Shown in pieces: positions 46,749-51,321 of a stretch of DNA of 51,321 nucleotides (position 1 is its first letter; each line of letters opens with the position of its first letter). The notes under the pieces were generated by a model. That model had not been told where the DNA came from. It saw nothing but the letters and a program-made list of their open reading frames with translations, and ran no database searches. The position numbers were made by a program, and so were the translations under genes. Source of the DNA: Octopus bimaculoides (lineage: Eukaryota); NCBI RefSeq assembly GCF_001194135.2, contig NC_068999.1, positions 21,931,435 through 21,982,755 of the forward strand, given 5' to 3'.

Positions 46749-47605
46749 GTGTTGGTTTACATTCTTTGCATTCTAAGTCATCTCTGGTAAATCCTTCCAA
46801 ACCACCTCCTGAAAATCAAGCAACAAAATCTCCACAGAATAAAACTAATGAGTGTCATCACAATCAGACCAAGCCATCTAAGAAGGATCTTCTCAAAACA
46901 CCTGTCAAACTTTCTCCCAAAATAAACAAAACTCTCGGGATGCCAACGAAAATACCAACCAGGTTCTCTCCCCGGTTATCATCTATGATACAGGCCAAGC
47001 AGTCTCTCAGGATGCCAACTAAGATCTCAGTTAGTCACCCTCATTGTACACCTGTAAAAGTTCCAGTCAGGCAATCTTCTAGAAACATAGCTAAGTCAAC
47101 AAGGAAGTACTCTCCCAGGAAATTAGCCAAAAATCCATCTAAAAAACCTATTTCGATGTTGAAATCTTCTCATAAAATTCTCAAGATGTTTGCTTCTAAG
47201 TCAAATAAGATACCTTCTGAAAAATCTACAAAAAAAAGAGTAAAACACAATGTATATCATAATAAAGAACCGTCTTCGAATAAGCATATCATTCCACAGT
47301 CTACTAATTTGCAGACTTCATTAAATCTAATAAACAACACTTCCAATTTGAATGGCCTAAATAGTTTGTTTACTTCTAATTCCGGTAAAAATCTCCAACA
47401 CAATTGTAAAGGTAATGGAATACAAACTCAGTTTTGCTGTCCAGTGATAAACTGTGAAATAAAATTCTCTTCCAAAGAAAATCTACAAAATCACATGGAT
47501 ATGATGATTCACAATTCATGTAATCCTTCAAAGAGCATTATGAATTCTTTTTTGTCCTGTGAAATCCTAAATTACATTTGTCCAAAATGTGGGAAAGAAT
47601 TTAAG
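46749..47605 (+). CDS. Large exon 4 of the SIM/C2H2 gene: Lys/Ser/Pro-rich region, one complete C2H2 finger (CPVINC...H...H) and half of a second (CPKCGKEFK)
   Basis: 857 open nt inside ORF 46676-47644; tttcattttcag acceptor (46747-48) and aag|gttggt donor (47606-07). The second finger is split by the intron, and no completing exon was found in the window. Confidence 0.8.
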
Positions 47606-48016
47606 GTTGGTTGTTTCCTTAAATATAGAATAAAGTATATCTAATAATGTTTATTAATATTTTTGCAAATATTCATTTTTGCCATTTAAATCACAATCCA
47701 TTGTAACCATTTCTTTGTCTGATTTTTTTCTTAATACTATAAGTATATTTTATTCATTTGTTTGCTTTATGTTTGTTTTTCCATGCTAGCATAGGCTGGA
47801 TGAATACATAATGAGGTATTGTTTTACAGCCCTTCTTCCATGTTCCAGAGACACTATCACTAAGTTATTCAAACTATTTTTTCTTTTCTTTTTACTATAT
47901 TGTTGGTGTGAGTGTATGCATGCACAAGTGTGTGTGTGTGTGTGTGCATAGATATGTATGTAAATATCTATCTCTCTCTCTACCTACTACTGATGGAACC
48001 ATTTATCTATTTCTCT

Positions 48017-48017
<1 letters not shown>

Positions 48018-48085
<68 letters not shown>
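48018..48085. repeat. (CA)n microsatellite
   Basis: Perfect dinucleotide tract. Confidence 0.95.
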
Positions 48086-48089
<4 letters not shown>

Positions 48090-48400
48090 CAGGGTGTCCC
48101 AAAAATATCTATATGCTTACTGACTGATAGTAAAGTCAGGGTTTATCAAAATATATTTTATTTTCAAAATTTAATAGTATCTACAGATAGAAATTAACTT
48201 TTTTTCTTATGAACATCAGTTTTCAAACTGATGAATGTTCTGGTTCCAGAAAAGTCTCGTGGTATGAGATCCAGCAAATGCAGAGATTATTCTACTGATC
48301 TATAAAGAATTAGAGTTTAAGCAGCTTAATTTTTGGTATAGTTAAAGATTGAAGATGGAAATAACCTTGTGTTGTTCAGTATTCACTATCGTATATCTAG
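48090..48400 (+). mobile_element. Possible Tc1/mariner left terminus
   Basis: TA-CAGGGTGTCCCAAAA is a typical TIR start; no partner end was found. Confidence 0.35.
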
Positions 48401-49842
48401 GAGCAAGGTGTATGTTGTTAATGCTTCTTTAAAAATCATATCTTGTTCAGAGGTTCTGAATGTTATTTATTCTTTCTTTAAGATAGGTTAACTCTTGTTA
48501 TATATTCATTATCATCATCATTTTAACATCTGCTTTGCTATGCTTACATGGGTCAGACAGAATTTGTTGAGGCAGATTTTCTACAGTTAGATGCCCCGCC
48601 TGTCACTGACTCTCACCCATTTTTAAATAATAAGTTTTCTCCATGGCCAGACAATTTTTCACGGAAGGTTGGAAATGATCAGCACCACTTGTATGGCGAT
48701 ATTTGTGATGAGTGATCTCAGTAATGCTTGCATTCAGCAAGGCAAGAGACAGCAATGAGCTTAGCAAGGTATTTGGCAAGCAATAGATGTCCATCCTCGC
48801 TTGGTTTTCATCCCCTCCTGTTTGTTTTAGTTCTTTCAATCATAACTGACTGGCTGAGTGTGCAAAATTTTGCGTGCCAATGATTTAGTTTTCATAGCTG
48901 AATCTGTTGAAGACGTAGAGGAAAAATTTCAAAAGGGAAAGCAAACCTCACAGTAAACCTCACAAAGACGTCAAAATAACAATTGGTGAGATGTTGTTCT
49001 GGAACTCATGCAAGCTTGGAAAAGTGGATGTGGGGGGAAAATGGTGATGGCGTTGAAGATAATGATGGCAGTGACAGCCTGTGGATCAGATATTAGTTTG
49101 AGATAGACATTTGTTTGTTTAAGTGAGACAAATGTGGGTAGGTCTGTATATTTTTTAAACAATTATCTTTTCTCTCATGAGTCTTAATTACTACAGAACT
49201 TCTTGATGTTGATGGCATTTCTCTTTACACTATTGCATCTAGGTGTAACTTGTTTCATTACAATTGTAAGAGCCTTTAGCATTGGTAGGTAAGGTTGAGG
49301 TGTAGTAGACAAAGAAGATACCATTTAGTAGAGAGAGATTGGTCTTTCAAGCTTGAAAAATCTCTCTTGCAAAAAAACAAAAAACAAAAAAAAAAGACAA
49401 TTATAGTAAAGTGTTCAATATCATTGTTATATGGCTTTTGGCATTGTCAAATATGAGGAAGTTGTTTGCTTCCTCACCCAAAGGGTCAGCATAAATATAT
49501 CAACTGCATATCTAGAGAATGATATACAAAAGTTGCAAGTACTTATTACATTGAACTCCTGTAAATTCAACCCCAGTAGATTTCTATATTCTCTGAATGG
49601 AAATATGATTTGTCTAAACACTGGTGGATAGTTGACTAAATTAGACTGAAGTAGTAAATGTTAGAAATAAGATCAATAAAAATATTATTGACAGCTTGTC
49701 AGATAGGTACAAATTATAAAATCTTTGTGTAACTATTAACTTTATTGATTTAATAGTGTCATTTTTTTTTTTCATATTGCAAGTTGAAAGTTTGAACGAT
49801 ATAAACTTAAAAAACACAAAAAGGCTGTTAAACCAATTGTAT

Positions 49843-50284
49843 ATTACATGGGAAAATGTGAGCAAGAGAAATAATATTCTTAAGATTATAAATCTGGAAA
49901 AGTACAGGACAAGTTATTACACTTGGAAAAGTACAGGACAAGTTATTACATCTGGCAAAGTACAGAACAAAAAAAATTGTACTTAAAATATTGCAGCTAA
50001 GGTTAAAATTTCAAATAGAATATTTAGATTTAGAAAATATTAACTTTTATTAAAACTAAAAATTTCATTACAAGTTATTACTTGTATTTGTTATCACTTG
50101 TTACTTCTATTAAAAATTTAAAAAATAACTCAATTAAAATATTTTATCCTTAGCTGCAATATTTTAAGTAAAACCAGATGTAATAACTTTCCTGAACTTT
50201 TCCAAGTGTTATAACTTGTCATGTACTTTTCCAGATTTATAATCTTAAGATATTATTTCTCTTGCTTGCATTTTTCCATGTAAT
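49843..50284. mobile_element. 442-bp foldback element with about 150-bp TIRs containing about 28-bp subrepeats
   Basis: 49843-50009 pairs with 50138-50284; subrepeat ggaaaagtacaggacaagttattaca; central hairpin tacaagt-tatt-acttgta. Confidence 0.85.
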
Positions 50285-51175
50285 CCATGTTTTTTCCAGG
50301 CTATGCTAGTATGCTTAATTAACAATGTGTCAAATTTGTCAATTAGTGGTGACATATATCAAAAGTCCCCTAGAACTATATTCATAAAAAAATATAGAAC
50401 TATATTATCACCCTCAAATAAATTTGAGAAACAAACACTCATAACTTTTTTTCTTTTTAAACTTCATTGCATGAGATTGATACCATGAAATTCCTCAAAT
50501 TGAACTCTTATCATTTAAGCTTAATTAAAATATAGTTTTTTTTTTTTTTTAATATAAAAAGTTAATTATACTTAAATCCAATTTTTTGCCTTACTTATAT
50601 TTTTTTTTCCATGATATTTTACCTCACAATTGTTTTGGTACAAATTTTTGTTGCATGGAATCAAAACTAAGACATTCTTCATGCTTTCTCCTATCATTGA
50701 AGCTAAGATAAATATATTTTGCTTTTAAAATAAAAAAAGTTATTTAGATCTAAACTTGACTGGTGGCATTACTTACCCACCTATAACGTTGCTACAAATT
50801 TTGATGAAAACTTTTTTCTACTTGACCAAATCTCAATTTTTTTTATGCCAAAATGTAGCTAGGGACCAATCCTCTTCAAAAATGTTAACGGTTTTCCATT
50901 TGGTTAAGAACTGAATTAGCAACAAGCTCTGAAAGATGCTGCATGTGTGTAAATTGTGGCCTTAAGAATATTATTCAACTACTTCTGTAGTTGAATGATA
51001 GTATATTTCTGTCATGCATCCATCCAAATTTGTTTAGATGTAAAAGACTTTTATAAGTAACCTGTGTGTGTGTTTAGCCACAAATGTAAATATAATTAGC
51101 TTCGTAACAACTACTGTTTAGCTAGGTGTATTAAATTATGTCTGAGGATGTATGTATTGATAGATTTATATACTA

Positions 51176-51266
51176 CTAGCAGAAATACCCGGCGTTGCCC
51201 GGGTTAAAGAGAATAATGATATCTAAAAACGCCGTCTAGACTACGCATCATCTTTATATATAGAGA
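51176..51266 (-). mobile_element. 91-bp non-autonomous Helitron
   Basis: 5' A|TCTCTATATATAAAG; subterminal hairpin CCCGGGCAACGCCGGG; 3' CTAG|T; inserted at an AT dinucleotide. Confidence 0.82.
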
Positions 51267-51321
51267 TGTATATACACACACACACCCAAACACACGCATG
51301 TATATGTATATCAATATAAAT

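Noticed and set aside
46676-47644. Single-exon 322-aa gene as given by the ORF track
   Set aside because: The first 24 codons are intronic and end in a strong acceptor. The tail after 47605 follows a donor that splits a zinc finger, so it is better explained as an internal exon.
47606-51321. Exon completing the second zinc finger
   Set aside because: Acceptor candidates checked at about 48457, 48830, 49240 and 50299 give stops or lack the His residues; the exon is presumably beyond the window.

Overview
AT-rich, repeat-dense, gapped eukaryotic genomic DNA. The SINE/RTE repertoire, microsatellite load and gene content suggest a coleoid cephalopod, most likely Octopus (inference). Three spliced protein-coding genes can be reconstructed by hand. 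(1) The last four exons of a HECT E3 ligase, UBE3C (+, 4082-10674). (2) An unnamed + strand gene (ATG 21003; exons 21003-21098, 24702-24794, 43869-43962, 46749-47605; continues past the window). It encodes two homologous SUMO-interacting-motif-like exons, an NLS-like exon, a basic S/T-P-x-K/R repeat region and C2H2 zinc fingers. (3) A small secreted VWC-domain, brorin/VWC2-like gene (-, 41358-30858; 167 aa) nested antisense in the 19-kb second intron of gene 2. The rest is mobile DNA: three modular tRNA-derived SINE groups; RTE, CR1/L2-like and R4/Dong-like LINE fragments; Tc1 remnants including one with DD36E spacing; a Gypsy gag-protease relic; piggyBac- and hAT-like MITEs; several long foldback elements; a 91-bp mini-Helitron; microsatellites; and six assembly gaps. 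No CRISPR, rRNA or genuine tRNA genes are supported. All family assignments come from motif recognition by eye, without database searches, and repeat boundaries are approximate.
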